A stretch of DNA of 11,014 nucleotides, from assembly GCA_965216315.1 (NCBI GenBank), contig CBDCFN010000012.1:1-11014 (forward strand). Reading direction: 5' to 3'. Source of the stretch: a bacterium (lineage in GTDB: Bacteria; UBA10199; 2-02-FULL-50-16; JAJFLM01). Every line of letters begins with the position of its first letter. Position 1 is the stretch's first letter. Of the stretch, positions 1-7,174 are shown piece after piece. The translations under genes and the position numbers were made by a program. The notes under the pieces were generated by a model, which had not been told where the DNA came from, searched no databases, and worked only from the letters and a program-made list of their open reading frames with translations.

Positions 1-1
1 T

Positions 2-502
2 GACTGGGTTTTCGCTCTCCCCGCAGGTGAAGGCGTTGGCAAGCGTGCCCTGGAATACGTTTTTGGCGAAAGGCTATTTCAATTTCCGACAGGTCAAATG
101 GGCAATGCATCTGGAAAATTCGCTCGCGACAACGGCGGGGGTGCACCAGGGGGGACCAATGATTACGCATATTTCAATCTTGGTTTAGATGGGATGTCAT
201 TATTCACAATGTCAATTAACGGTGGTGATCCTAATGGCTCATCATCAGTGAATTTACAAGTGTCTTCTCCTTATGCAGCAAAAGTTGTAGCGAATAATGT
301 GTTTGATTATGCTTTTACTGGGCAAGTAAAAGTCACTGGTGGGAGTAATGATCTTCATGTTGGCTACATTGAGCTGATCGATACGAGTGGAGAAAATCAA
401 TATATCGAATTCCTTACGAATAATGGAATTTCAATAAACAACGACGATCTTAACGACTCCGGTGATTATATTTATGTGAGAGGGATATATAAGGCATTTT
501 AA
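2..502 (+). CDS. 5'-truncated phage structural protein, probably the C-terminus of a tail fibre/tail-associated protein
   Basis: The frame is open from position 2 (DWVFALPAGEG...QFPTGQMG...), so the gene starts upstream of the window. It is G/N/S-rich with beta-type composition and lies immediately before the lysis genes. Confidence 0.55.
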   Translation, partial: DWVFALPAGEGVGKRALEYVFGERLFQFPTGQMGNASGKFARDNGGGAPGGTNDYAYFNLGLDGMSLFTMSINGGDPNGSSSVNLQVSSPYAAKVVANNVFDYAFTGQVKVTGGSNDLHVGYIELIDTSGENQYIEFLTNNGISINNDDLNDSGDYIYVRGIYKAF

Positions 503-804
503 TGGCTTGGTACGACTTAGATAAACATTACGACGCGAATGACTTAAGCCACGTTTACAACAGTGCAGCAATTAACATGATGGCATTATGGGCGGCGCGC
601 CATTGGTCTATATGGCTACTTTTATGGATACCGATTTGGGCGGGTTACTTCGTTTTATACAGGGAACTTTGGGTAGAACGTCATCAAGAGCTTGAGAAAA
701 CTAAAAAGGATATTGCAACGAAACTTTCCGGTCTCCTTGTCTATCTCATTTGGCCGACAGAGTTGCTAACCAAATTTCTTGCTGGAAGGATAGTGCTGAC
801 ATGA
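502..804 (+). CDS. Small membrane protein (100 aa), possibly holin/antiholin-like
   Basis: TAATG coupling to the upstream gene; Trp-rich hydrophobic stretches (WSIWLLLWIPIWAGYFVLY; LSGLLVYLIWP). Confidence 0.6.
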   Translation: MAWYDLDKHYDANDLSHVYNSAAINMMALWAARHWSIWLLLWIPIWAGYFVLYRELWVERHQELEKTKKDIATKLSGLLVYLIWPTELLTKFLAGRIVLT

Positions 805-1130
805 CCGGTCTTGACATTGCATATTTTAAGGAACTTGGAGTCCAAGGTGGAGCCCTCGCAGGAGTGGTCATATTATTCGGGTGGTATCTGCGTGCTACCG
901 TAAAGCATTTCACTAAATCGAATGAGGCTTCGACTGAGGAAAGATCGAAAACCGTGGAGTCATTTACACGAACGGTGGACAAGTTGGCGGAAAGCAATAG
1001 TGCCGCAGTAATTAGGCTGGCGCAATCTGTTGAAGAGAATACGCGTACATTATTATCGGTGAAAGGATCTCAAGATACAGCCTTAGAATTGCTGAAGGAC
1101 CACCGCACAATGGCTGGAGGCGCTAATTAA
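801..1130 (+). CDS. Putative holin (single N-terminal TM plus coiled-coil tail, 109 aa)
   Basis: Start reassigned to ATG 801 (ATGA overlap with the upstream stop; GGAAGGA at 784-790). TM segment GGALAGVVILFGWYL; directly upstream of the endolysin. Confidence 0.6.
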   Translation: MTGLDIAYFKELGVQGGALAGVVILFGWYLRATVKHFTKSNEASTEERSKTVESFTRTVDKLAESNSAAVIRLAQSVEENTRTLLSVKGSQDTALELLKDHRTMAGGAN

Positions 1131-1642
1131 TGGGTCGGATAAATCAAATTGTAGTGCATTGCTCCGTTTCTGAATTCGGGACAGCAGTAGAAATTGACAA
1201 ATGGCACAGGAAGCGCGGCTGGAGCCGGATTGGATACATGGGCGTTATTCTCAATGGCTATCCTCTAAGACGATCGTCAGACGCATACTGGCCCCACTCG
1301 GACGGAGCATTCGAGTGGGGCCGTCCCCCTGATACGGATAATATGATCGAGCCGGGCGAAATCGAGGCGCATGCGTTTGGGATTAACAGCACCTCAGTTG
1401 GTATTTGCCTGATTGGCGATGAAAAATTTTCTGATAGGCAATTTATAAAGCTCAGAAAAATAATACGGGAGCTGTGCCAGCGATGGGGGCTCACTTATGA
1501 CCGCGTTATCGGACACTATGAGGTCCCGAATGTCGCCAAGACGTGCCCTAATTTCAACATGGATATTTTTCGCAAGTATTTAGAGGAAGAACGTTACTTA
1601 AATGACCTCATGGTCAAACACGGGAGGGTTCACAATGAATAG
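1130..1642 (+). CDS. Endolysin, N-acetylmuramoyl-L-alanine amidase (Amidase_2, T7 lysozyme-like)
   Basis: Motifs IVVHCS, IDKWHRKRGWSRIGY, AHAFGINSTSVGICLIG, IGHYE and KTCPNF, with the His/His/Cys zinc ligands present. Confidence 0.93.
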   Translation: MGRINQIVVHCSVSEFGTAVEIDKWHRKRGWSRIGYMGVILNGYPLRRSSDAYWPHSDGAFEWGRPPDTDNMIEPGEIEAHAFGINSTSVGICLIGDEKFSDRQFIKLRKIIRELCQRWGLTYDRVIGHYEVPNVAKTCPNFNMDIFRKYLEEERYLNDLMVKHGRVHNE

Positions 1643-1970
1643 ATGGATAATTGCTGTGGTGGCGGTGGCGACGACGATGTCAGGCGTTGCCTATGCTCAG
1701 GATGGAGCTGTTGAGCTGGGTCAGATTGAGATACCGGCGAAAATTATCGGTTGGACATTGGCAACTCTGGTGTTGCTGCGTGGTATATCCAAGTTTCTGC
1801 ATTTCATGGCAAAAGCCACGGCGAACACAACTGATGATAAGGTTGCAAATTTCTTCGCCAAGTTCCTTGATTGGGGCGGAAGAATAATTGATGCGTTCAC
1901 TGCAAATAGTCAGGCACCGCAAGGGCTCAAAGCCATTAAGAAGGCATCGAAGCCAACACCTCAAGTTTAA
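1635..1970 (+). CDS. Membrane protein of the lysis cassette (holin-like) with an N-terminal signal-peptide-like segment, 111 aa
   Basis: Start reassigned to ATG 1635 (GGGAGG at 1622-1627). MNRWIIAVVAVATTMSGVAYA-Q resembles a Sec signal with an A-Y-A site; second hydrophobic helix IIGWTLATLVLL; T-x-x-x-T-D-D-K turn; basic C-terminus. Confidence 0.55.
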   Translation: MNRWIIAVVAVATTMSGVAYAQDGAVELGQIEIPAKIIGWTLATLVLLRGISKFLHFMAKATANTTDDKVANFFAKFLDWGGRIIDAFTANSQAPQGLKAIKKASKPTPQV

Positions 1971-2227
1971 TGTGGTGGGCCGTTGTCGGAATTCCTGTAG
2001 GCGCTGTCTCGCTATTTTTCACTGCGAGATGGATTATAGGGCTCATACGTAAGGACAATGCCAAGTCGATAGATATAGCTGCCAAGGATGAGACGATCCG
2101 TAAGACGAAAGCGCTAAAGGATAAGACGGATACGATAAGGGGCGATGGTGAGGAAGCTAAAAATCATATTCCTGATAATTGGGATGTTATCGACGGGATG
2201 CGCGCAGAGGGTGATCGTAAAGACTGA
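1970..2227 (+). CDS. Putative i-spanin (Rz-like)
   Basis: N-terminal TM followed by a charged helical domain; overlaps a downstream lipoprotein gene in another frame; lies after the endolysin. Confidence 0.7.
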   Translation: MWWAVVGIPVGAVSLFFTARWIIGLIRKDNAKSIDIAAKDETIRKTKALKDKTDTIRGDGEEAKNHIPDNWDVIDGMRAEGDRKD

Positions 2228-2402
2228 GTCTTTACTCGAGCCGCGATGCACGTCCGATGTCTATAGATTCGTTGAGGCCTACGAGAAAGCGGTGGAGTCT
2301 AAGGGCAAGATCATCCATAAGGATTTTAGGCAACTATCCCCTCATGAGCAAATGAATGTGATGGCGTGTATCAAGTTATTAAGGGCAGGATATAAGGTCT
2401 AA
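2145..2402 (+). CDS. Putative o-spanin (Rz1-like lipoprotein)
   Basis: Lipoprotein signal MVRKLKIIFLIIGMLSTG-C19; 83-nt overlap with the i-spanin candidate; two further Cys residues. Confidence 0.72.
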   Translation: MVRKLKIIFLIIGMLSTGCAQRVIVKTESLLEPRCTSDVYRFVEAYEKAVESKGKIIHKDFRQLSPHEQMNVMACIKLLRAGYKV

Positions 2403-2407
2403 AAGGT

Positions 2408-3328
2408 CTAAATGACCTCACCACCAACGAGCTGTTTGACCCAGGCAACACCATCATGATTCTCAATGATTTTATAGGCCGCAGTGTTAGTAAGGGCGTG
2501 GATATAGCAATGATGTACCGTTAGAAGTCGGTCCTGATAGTCATCATCTTCTTCTATTTGATTTATTTTTAATCCGATATCGGCACATTCCTCGGTATGT
2601 ATGTGACGGTCATGTTGCTTATGCCTGTCATAATTGAGTAGCTCGTCAACGACGGCTTCGGATTTTTTTAAAGCATCAGACTCACCGTCAAACATAACGG
2701 TCTGTAATTCTGACAAAACAAATTCCTTTGCCAGTTTAACGGAATTTTCACATTGCCCAAGAAAGGCAGGAGGGTATTGTTGCAAAATGAATTGCCAAAC
2801 GAGCGCCTTTTTCGGATCTTTGGTGATATCATCATGGGCTTGCTCGAACTCTTTTAAGACACCAAGTGCCGGAATTCCTCTTAGATGAGGATCTATCGGA
2901 CCTAAGTTCGAGTGCTTACCCATCAATATATTTTTGCAAGTACAGGCTATCATTGTTCCCGCAGACATTGCTATCTGTGGAACGATGGCACGGATGTCTT
3001 TGCCAAACATCTCTCTGAGATAATGCACTAAGGATTGCGCTGCGGAGACGGTGCCACCGGGTGTATGTAAGATGAGATCGAGCCCTTTACTGCGGTCCAA
3101 GCCGTGAATGGCCATCATGAATCCCGTCATATCTTCATCAGTAATGTCCGCCGGAACTTTCGGCTTCGATAAGAAACCAGAATAATAACTTATGATGTTG
3201 CGATTGACCTTCTTGTGGAGTTTCTTCAGATGACGCTTGCGTACAGTATTTATTGCACCCGCAGCTTCCTGGTTATGCGTCTGAGCCGTATCACCGATTT
3301 CTTTGAGTATTTGGCTCCAATTGGACAT
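2408..3328 (-). CDS. SDH-family (DUF114) ClpP/crotonase-fold serine protease
   Basis: Motifs GLDLILHTPGG, VPQIAMSAGTMIA (nucleophile Ser), LGPIDP and HDRHI; RBS AGGGG upstream. Confidence 0.88.
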   Translation of the reverse strand: MSNWSQILKEIGDTAQTHNQEAAGAINTVRKRHLKKLHKKVNRNIISYYSGFLSKPKVPADITDEDMTGFMMAIHGLDRSKGLDLILHTPGGTVSAAQSLVHYLREMFGKDIRAIVPQIAMSAGTMIACTCKNILMGKHSNLGPIDPHLRGIPALGVLKEFEQAHDDITKDPKKALVWQFILQQYPPAFLGQCENSVKLAKEFVLSELQTVMFDGESDALKKSEAVVDELLNYDRHKQHDRHIHTEECADIGLKINQIEEDDDYQDRLLTVHHCYIHALTNTAAYKIIENHDGVAWVKQLVGGEVI

Positions 3329-3350
3329 GTCTTGAACACCCCTATGGCGA

Positions 3351-3521
3351 TCAAGATTGGTAGCTTGTTATATTCGGAACGTCAATGAAAGATGATGGCG
3401 CTTCGAAGCGGTCAGGAGCCTCATTCGGAGATTTGACAAGGCCATCGCGCACGAGCTCTTCATACTTTTCTTGTGCTGATTTGACGTCTGACGCTTCTTG
3501 CGTGTCGTTTTTTCGATCCAT
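3351..3521 (-). CDS. Small protein (56 aa, not in the ORF track) upstream of the protease: MDRKNDTQEASDVKSAQEKYEELVRDGLVKSPNEAPDRFEAPSSFIDVPNITSYQS
   Basis: Translated by hand. Strong RBS AGGAGG 8 nt before the ATG; stop 22 nt before the protease start; promoter immediately upstream. Confidence 0.75.
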   Translation of the reverse strand: MDRKNDTQEASDVKSAQEKYEELVRDGLVKSPNEAPDRFEAPSSFIDVPNITSYQS

Positions 3522-3563
3522 TGTCAGTGCCTCCTAGCGTTGCCAACCATCCTTGGCGACATA

Positions 3564-3572
3564 ATTATAGCA
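3564..3572 (-). promoter_or_regulatory. Extended -10 promoter (TGcTATAAT) for the peptide-protease operon
   Basis: Perfect TGnTATAAT on the minus strand about 40 nt upstream of ATG 3521; no good -35; a hairpin at 3539-3560 would sit at the transcript 5' end. Confidence 0.65.
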
Positions 3573-3840
3573 GATAGAACGACCGGAAGACCACTTTACT
3601 AGAGTGAGAGTCGGCCTATTTAAGGTATCGACCGACAATCTCAACTAGTTGCTAAGTTTAAGCGTATGAAATTATTAAAGAATCCCCCGACACGTTAACT
3701 GAGTTGGTTAATACCCGATTCGTTGCCCTATAGTCAACCTACAGCCCATAATAACCGATATTTGAGGATATCCCCTAGATTTGCAGATATCCCCAAAATG
3801 ACGCCTTTTTGAGCCCCTATATAATGAAGTGTCGTCCGAG

Positions 3841-4464
3841 TTACCATTGCCACCCTATCAGTGATTGCAGCGCTTCACGTAGGTACTCTGGGAGTTTCCC
3901 ATCTCGATAGTTGCTACGTCGGCTTGCCACCCATGTCCCTATATTCACGCCGCGATAGCGTGTTGTGGTTTTTAGCTTCTCCCAGCCATGCGTAGAGACA
4001 AATTGTTTGAGGACTTTCAGCGTTTGCAGGTGCCGGTCTTGTAGCGGTGCCCAGCTCCAGCCTTTCAATCTCTCGACATGGCGGATTGTCTTCGCATCGA
4101 GTGTCCCACGCTGATATTGAGTGCGGAGATAATTGATATAGATCCCAATTTTGAAGCCACGATAGCTGTCTCGTTCCTTGACCTTCGCAAGGTCATGTTT
4201 AGTAGCGTATTGCTTCAGAAAATCCAGGCGTTCACTGGGTGTCCGTTTGTAATTGCCCCATGTCCAGCCCTTAATTGATTCTAAGGCCTTGATCATCTCC
4301 TTTGATAGTAGACCTTTCCGGCGCCTGGTGCGTTGATCATATACCCAGCGTGCAAGACTCACGCCCTTATATCGCTTGCGATCCAGTGCGCGGAGTTTTT
4401 CCCAGCCGTGCTTGCGGATGTATTCGCTTAGGAGTTTTAATCGCAGCGCTTGCGCATCGGTCAT
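3841..4464 (-). CDS. Helicase-associated (HA) domain repeat protein, three repeats, 207 aa
   Basis: Three ~68-aa repeats of pattern L..(Y/F)...HG....Y.G..(L/I)G.W...R..Y..G.L......L..L.GW.W. Start reassigned to 4464 (ATGA overlap with the upstream gene). Confidence 0.8.
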   Translation of the reverse strand: MTDAQALRLKLLSEYIRKHGWEKLRALDRKRYKGVSLARWVYDQRTRRRKGLLSKEMIKALESIKGWTWGNYKRTPSERLDFLKQYATKHDLAKVKERDSYRGFKIGIYINYLRTQYQRGTLDAKTIRHVERLKGWSWAPLQDRHLQTLKVLKQFVSTHGWEKLKTTTRYRGVNIGTWVASRRSNYRDGKLPEYLREALQSLIGWQW

Positions 4465-5021
4465 AGTGAAGTCAAAGGTTCGCCAATAGCTGATCTGATT
4501 AGATAGGATGTTCCCTTGATAGCCAAATATAATGACGTGCATCCCCCAATGATGAGAAAACTCCAAATTATGAAGCTGTATGCCTTAGGTACAACTTCTA
4601 AATAGCGTGTTGCAACTAGTTTGGCGGGACCATCTTTAGATCGCATATGATTGAGCACAGGTAGTTTCGTCAGAGACAATAGGTCGACGCTGAAAGATTC
4701 TTTTCTCCCGAGGCTTTCAATTTTTATTATATAGTTTCCATTATCTTGGGTGGTAGCCTCATAAGTGACGTAATTTATATTAAAGTAGTCGGGCTTGTCC
4801 CGGAATACGATCTCTAAATCGTCGGCACGTTTCCACCCCGTATTGAGTATAATCAGCTGTTGAGTTCTGATTTCCACGTCAGGTCCACTGTCAGCAGGGA
4901 TCTTGAAATAAGAATCATGAGAGAGCCAATATATGACCCGAGACCAGGGGCCAACGAATTTCAGAATAAGTCCAGCAACGACGATTATTGCAACGCCACT
5001 GCCAAATTCAATCCATCCCAT
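4461..5021 (-). CDS. Hypothetical membrane protein (N- and C-terminal TM helices around a beta-rich domain)
   Basis: 186-aa ORF with GGGGG RBS; hydrophobic GVAIIVVAGLILKFV and YSFIIWSFLIIGGCTSLYLAI. Confidence 0.75.
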   Translation of the reverse strand: MGWIEFGSGVAIIVVAGLILKFVGPWSRVIYWLSHDSYFKIPADSGPDVEIRTQQLIILNTGWKRADDLEIVFRDKPDYFNINYVTYEATTQDNGNYIIKIESLGRKESFSVDLLSLTKLPVLNHMRSKDGPAKLVATRYLEVVPKAYSFIIWSFLIIGGCTSLYLAIKGTSYLIRSAIGEPLTSL

Positions 5022-5036
5022 ATGTATACCCCCAGG

Positions 5037-5219
5037 CTAATCGTCGTCATCATCTTCGGTGAGAATCTCTTTAAATTCATCGGCTAGTTCTCGTGCTACG
5101 TCGGCAAAGTCATCGAGACTTTTTTTGATTCGCTCTTTTGCCTCTCGGTCCTCGCGTTTCTCGCGAGCCTTGTCGAGAGAAGTGACTTTGTTATGTCGGA
5201 TGATTTTCGGGTCAGCCAT
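5037..5219 (-). CDS. Hypothetical 60-aa helical protein with acidic tail (EDDDDD)
   Basis: Fits the leftward gene string; KVTSLDKAREKRE helix motif typical of small phage proteins; weak RBS. Confidence 0.6.
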   Translation of the reverse strand: MADPKIIRHNKVTSLDKAREKREDREAKERIKKSLDDFADVARELADEFKEILTEDDDDD

Positions 5220-5223
5220 TTTG

Positions 5224-5373
5224 TTATTTTTTATCAGGTTTCTTTAGTTTGTCGCTGAGTGCAGCCTTTCGTTTTTTTAAGACAGCGGGCTTCACGTTTC
5301 CTTTCGCGTCATTGCCTGCCTTACTTGTGGCTTCTCCAGGCTTAACTCCTACGGAACAATGAGGACATATCAT
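5224..5373 (-). pseudogene. 49-aa basic ORF (not in the ORF track), MICPHCSVGVKPGEATSKAGNDAKGNVKPAVLKKRKAALSDKLKKPDKK; possible internally deleted gene remnant
   Basis: GGAG RBS 8 nt upstream; fills the gap between neighbours; only half of a zinc ribbon (one CxxC). Confidence 0.45.
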
Positions 5374-5394
5374 TGAAGGTACTCCATTGGTTAG

Positions 5395-5850
5395 TTATAA
5401 CCTACCAGGTACAGCCGAAACATGGACGATAGACTTACTATCAGGGTCAAAATCACATGAATACAAGGCATTCTGCCAAGCGCCAGAACGATTCTGTATC
5501 TGCAATTTGTCCCCTATATAGCGGATGGTTCCCAGGCTCTTGTCGGCCCATTTAAAATTAGTGAATTTAAAGTCAAGAAAACCGTCTGTCCACTTGTGCC
5601 CGTATTTTGCAAGTTTAACGATATTGTCAGGGCAGTATGTGTTGACATATGGGAGATGCTCCTCTGCCAAACATTGGAGGTCATCTTTGCACGTGTTGGG
5701 ACTCTCTGACGATGATGTTAGGTTTGATCTGCTAGATGCGTTTTTCTGCTCACTCCCGTACATCACATGGTAAAGCCAGAATAGGCCGCCAAGTACAATA
5801 AGCCCTGCAACGACATTTATTATTAACCCGGACTTATTCGGATTTGTCAT
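5395..5850 (-). CDS. Membrane-anchored periplasmic/exported protein, 151 aa
   Basis: N-terminal TM (LIINVVAGLIVLGGLFWLY), Ser-rich linker and a four-Cys globular domain. Confidence 0.78.
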   Translation of the reverse strand: MTNPNKSGLIINVVAGLIVLGGLFWLYHVMYGSEQKNASSRSNLTSSSESPNTCKDDLQCLAEEHLPYVNTYCPDNIVKLAKYGHKWTDGFLDFKFTNFKWADKSLGTIRYIGDKLQIQNRSGAWQNALYSCDFDPDSKSIVHVSAVPGRL

Positions 5851-5905
5851 GACTAGATATTAGTTCTCTGCCCGTGCCAAGTAAACGGCGAATATTTATC
5901 CAACG

Positions 5906-6130
5906 TCACGAAGGCTGAGACGGCGGGGGGGAGGTCAGCTTCTTAATGAAGTCCATGAGACCTTTGAAGTCACCTGTTGCCACGTATTGCAACATGATAC
6001 GTAGATCCATTGAATTACGGACAAAATTAGAGGGTTTTTCGTTGAGCACCGAACACCATTGCTCAACTTCCTCTCGATACCACTGAGGAACCCGTGATGA
6101 TAACGGGGGGTCGCGTGGCTTCTTCGTCAT
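5906..6130 (-). CDS. Small putative ribbon-helix-helix (Arc/CopG-like) DNA-binding protein, 74 aa
   Basis: LSSRVPQWYREEVEQWCSVLNEKPSNFVRNSM fits the strand-helix-turn-S-x-F-V-R helix pattern. Start reassigned to ATG 6130 (GGGAG just upstream); the longer start at 6283 runs through a palindrome-rich region. Confidence 0.5.
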   Translation of the reverse strand: MTKKPRDPPLSSRVPQWYREEVEQWCSVLNEKPSNFVRNSMDLRIMLQYVATGDFKGLMDFIKKLTSPPPSQPS

Positions 6131-6367
6131 AAAACTCCCGTAAATCAGGCGCAATTTTTTCCACGGTCTACCACTCCCCGTGGATAACATGTTATCCGTG
6201 TACTCGATGTTATGCAAGTGCAGTGCTGAACGCACTGCGTTGGAAACTAAGCGTTTTGTGTGTACTGAGATGATTTTCGTCATGTGACGGAATCCCCCAG
6301 TTTTGCAAACAATGGAAGTACCTTAGCGGTATCATTGGATAAGTCTTCGCCAGTGGTAGACCACTCA

Positions 6368-6838
6368 CTAGGCTCTCTTTTTTTGGCGACTCGCGGCCAC
6401 CCTTTTCTTTCCAGGTTTTTTGGAAGCGGTTTTGCTTCCGGGTGGCTCATCTATAGGTATTGCGTCCGGTGGGTATTTATCGCCTTCGTAGGTTGTTGCG
6501 AGTTCCGTAGCAACATGCCGAACGACAGTTTTTTGGGCCTTGGTCAATTGATCCCAGACCTTCATGATCTGCTTTAGATCCCTATCGGCAACAGGTACGA
6601 CTCGACTTAGTGCATTATGAGCAGCTTCCGGCTTGCCGAAAGCCAGGATGGCTGGATCGACTCCGAGAGCATTCGCAATGCCCTCCACTTTCTCTGTCCC
6701 TACATTCGTCTGAGCGCCTGATTCGAGTGATGACAAGTACTCAGGGCTGACATTTGCTTTTCTGGCCAGTTCCCGCTTACTGAGCTGTGATTTCTCTCTG
6801 AACGCGGTCAATCGCTTTGCAAGGCTATCCAGGCTCAT
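6368..6838 (-). CDS. CI-like phage repressor, XRE-family HTH
   Basis: RLTAFREKSQLSKRELARKANVSPEYLSSLESG...IANALGV is a typical HTH_3 domain; divergent from a Cro-like gene. Confidence 0.88.
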   Translation of the reverse strand: MSLDSLAKRLTAFREKSQLSKRELARKANVSPEYLSSLESGAQTNVGTEKVEGIANALGVDPAILAFGKPEAAHNALSRVVPVADRDLKQIMKVWDQLTKAQKTVVRHVATELATTYEGDKYPPDAIPIDEPPGSKTASKKPGKKRVAASRQKKRA

Positions 6839-6937
6839 ATACCCATTACTATAACACTAGCACTATAATTTAAAGCCGTAATAAATTTATGTAATATTAT
6901 AGTTGACGTGTAATATATTACGCGCTATATATTCAGC
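6839..6937. promoter_or_regulatory. Divergent lysis/lysogeny control region with promoters and operator(s)
   Basis: AT-rich. Rightward TTGACG (6903-6908) with TATATATT (6926-6933); leftward TGtTATAGT (6856-6848); palindrome CGTGTAATATATTACGCG (6907-6924) in the rightward spacer; further GTAATA half-sites at 6878 and 6891. Confidence 0.75.
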
Positions 6938-7174
6938 ATGGTCGAAAATAGGACACCCCAAAAGGACGAAGCCTATATTGACGTAATCAGAAGGAGACGG
7001 GAGCAGCTAGGCTGGACACAATTCAAGTTGGCATCTGAGTCTAAGTTTAACCTCAATGGAATCTCTTCTATTGAGAACGGTAGGAATGACCCGCGACTCA
7101 GCTCACTGCGTAAAATTTGCGATGCATTAGGGCTTGTCATCAAGATCGAGCTTGCCGAAGAGGCGGTGGTCTAA
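6938..7174 (+). CDS. Cro-like XRE-family HTH regulator
   Basis: IRRRREQLGWTQFKLASES...ISSIENGRNDPRLSSLRKICDALGL. Confidence 0.88.
   Translation: MVENRTPQKDEAYIDVIRRRREQLGWTQFKLASESKFNLNGISSIENGRNDPRLSSLRKICDALGLVIKIELAEEAVV

Noticed and set aside
2408..3328. Phage prohead (ClpP-type) maturation protease
   Set aside because: Opposite strand to the late genes, not next to portal/capsid genes, own promoter, and SDH-type motifs.
4465..4566. N-terminal extension of the HA-repeat ORF (and similar extensions at 750, 1602, 7117, 7499, 8486, 9406)
   Set aside because: They overlap upstream genes or lack support. Downstream ATGs with an RBS, a stop/start overlap or the expected domain start are better.
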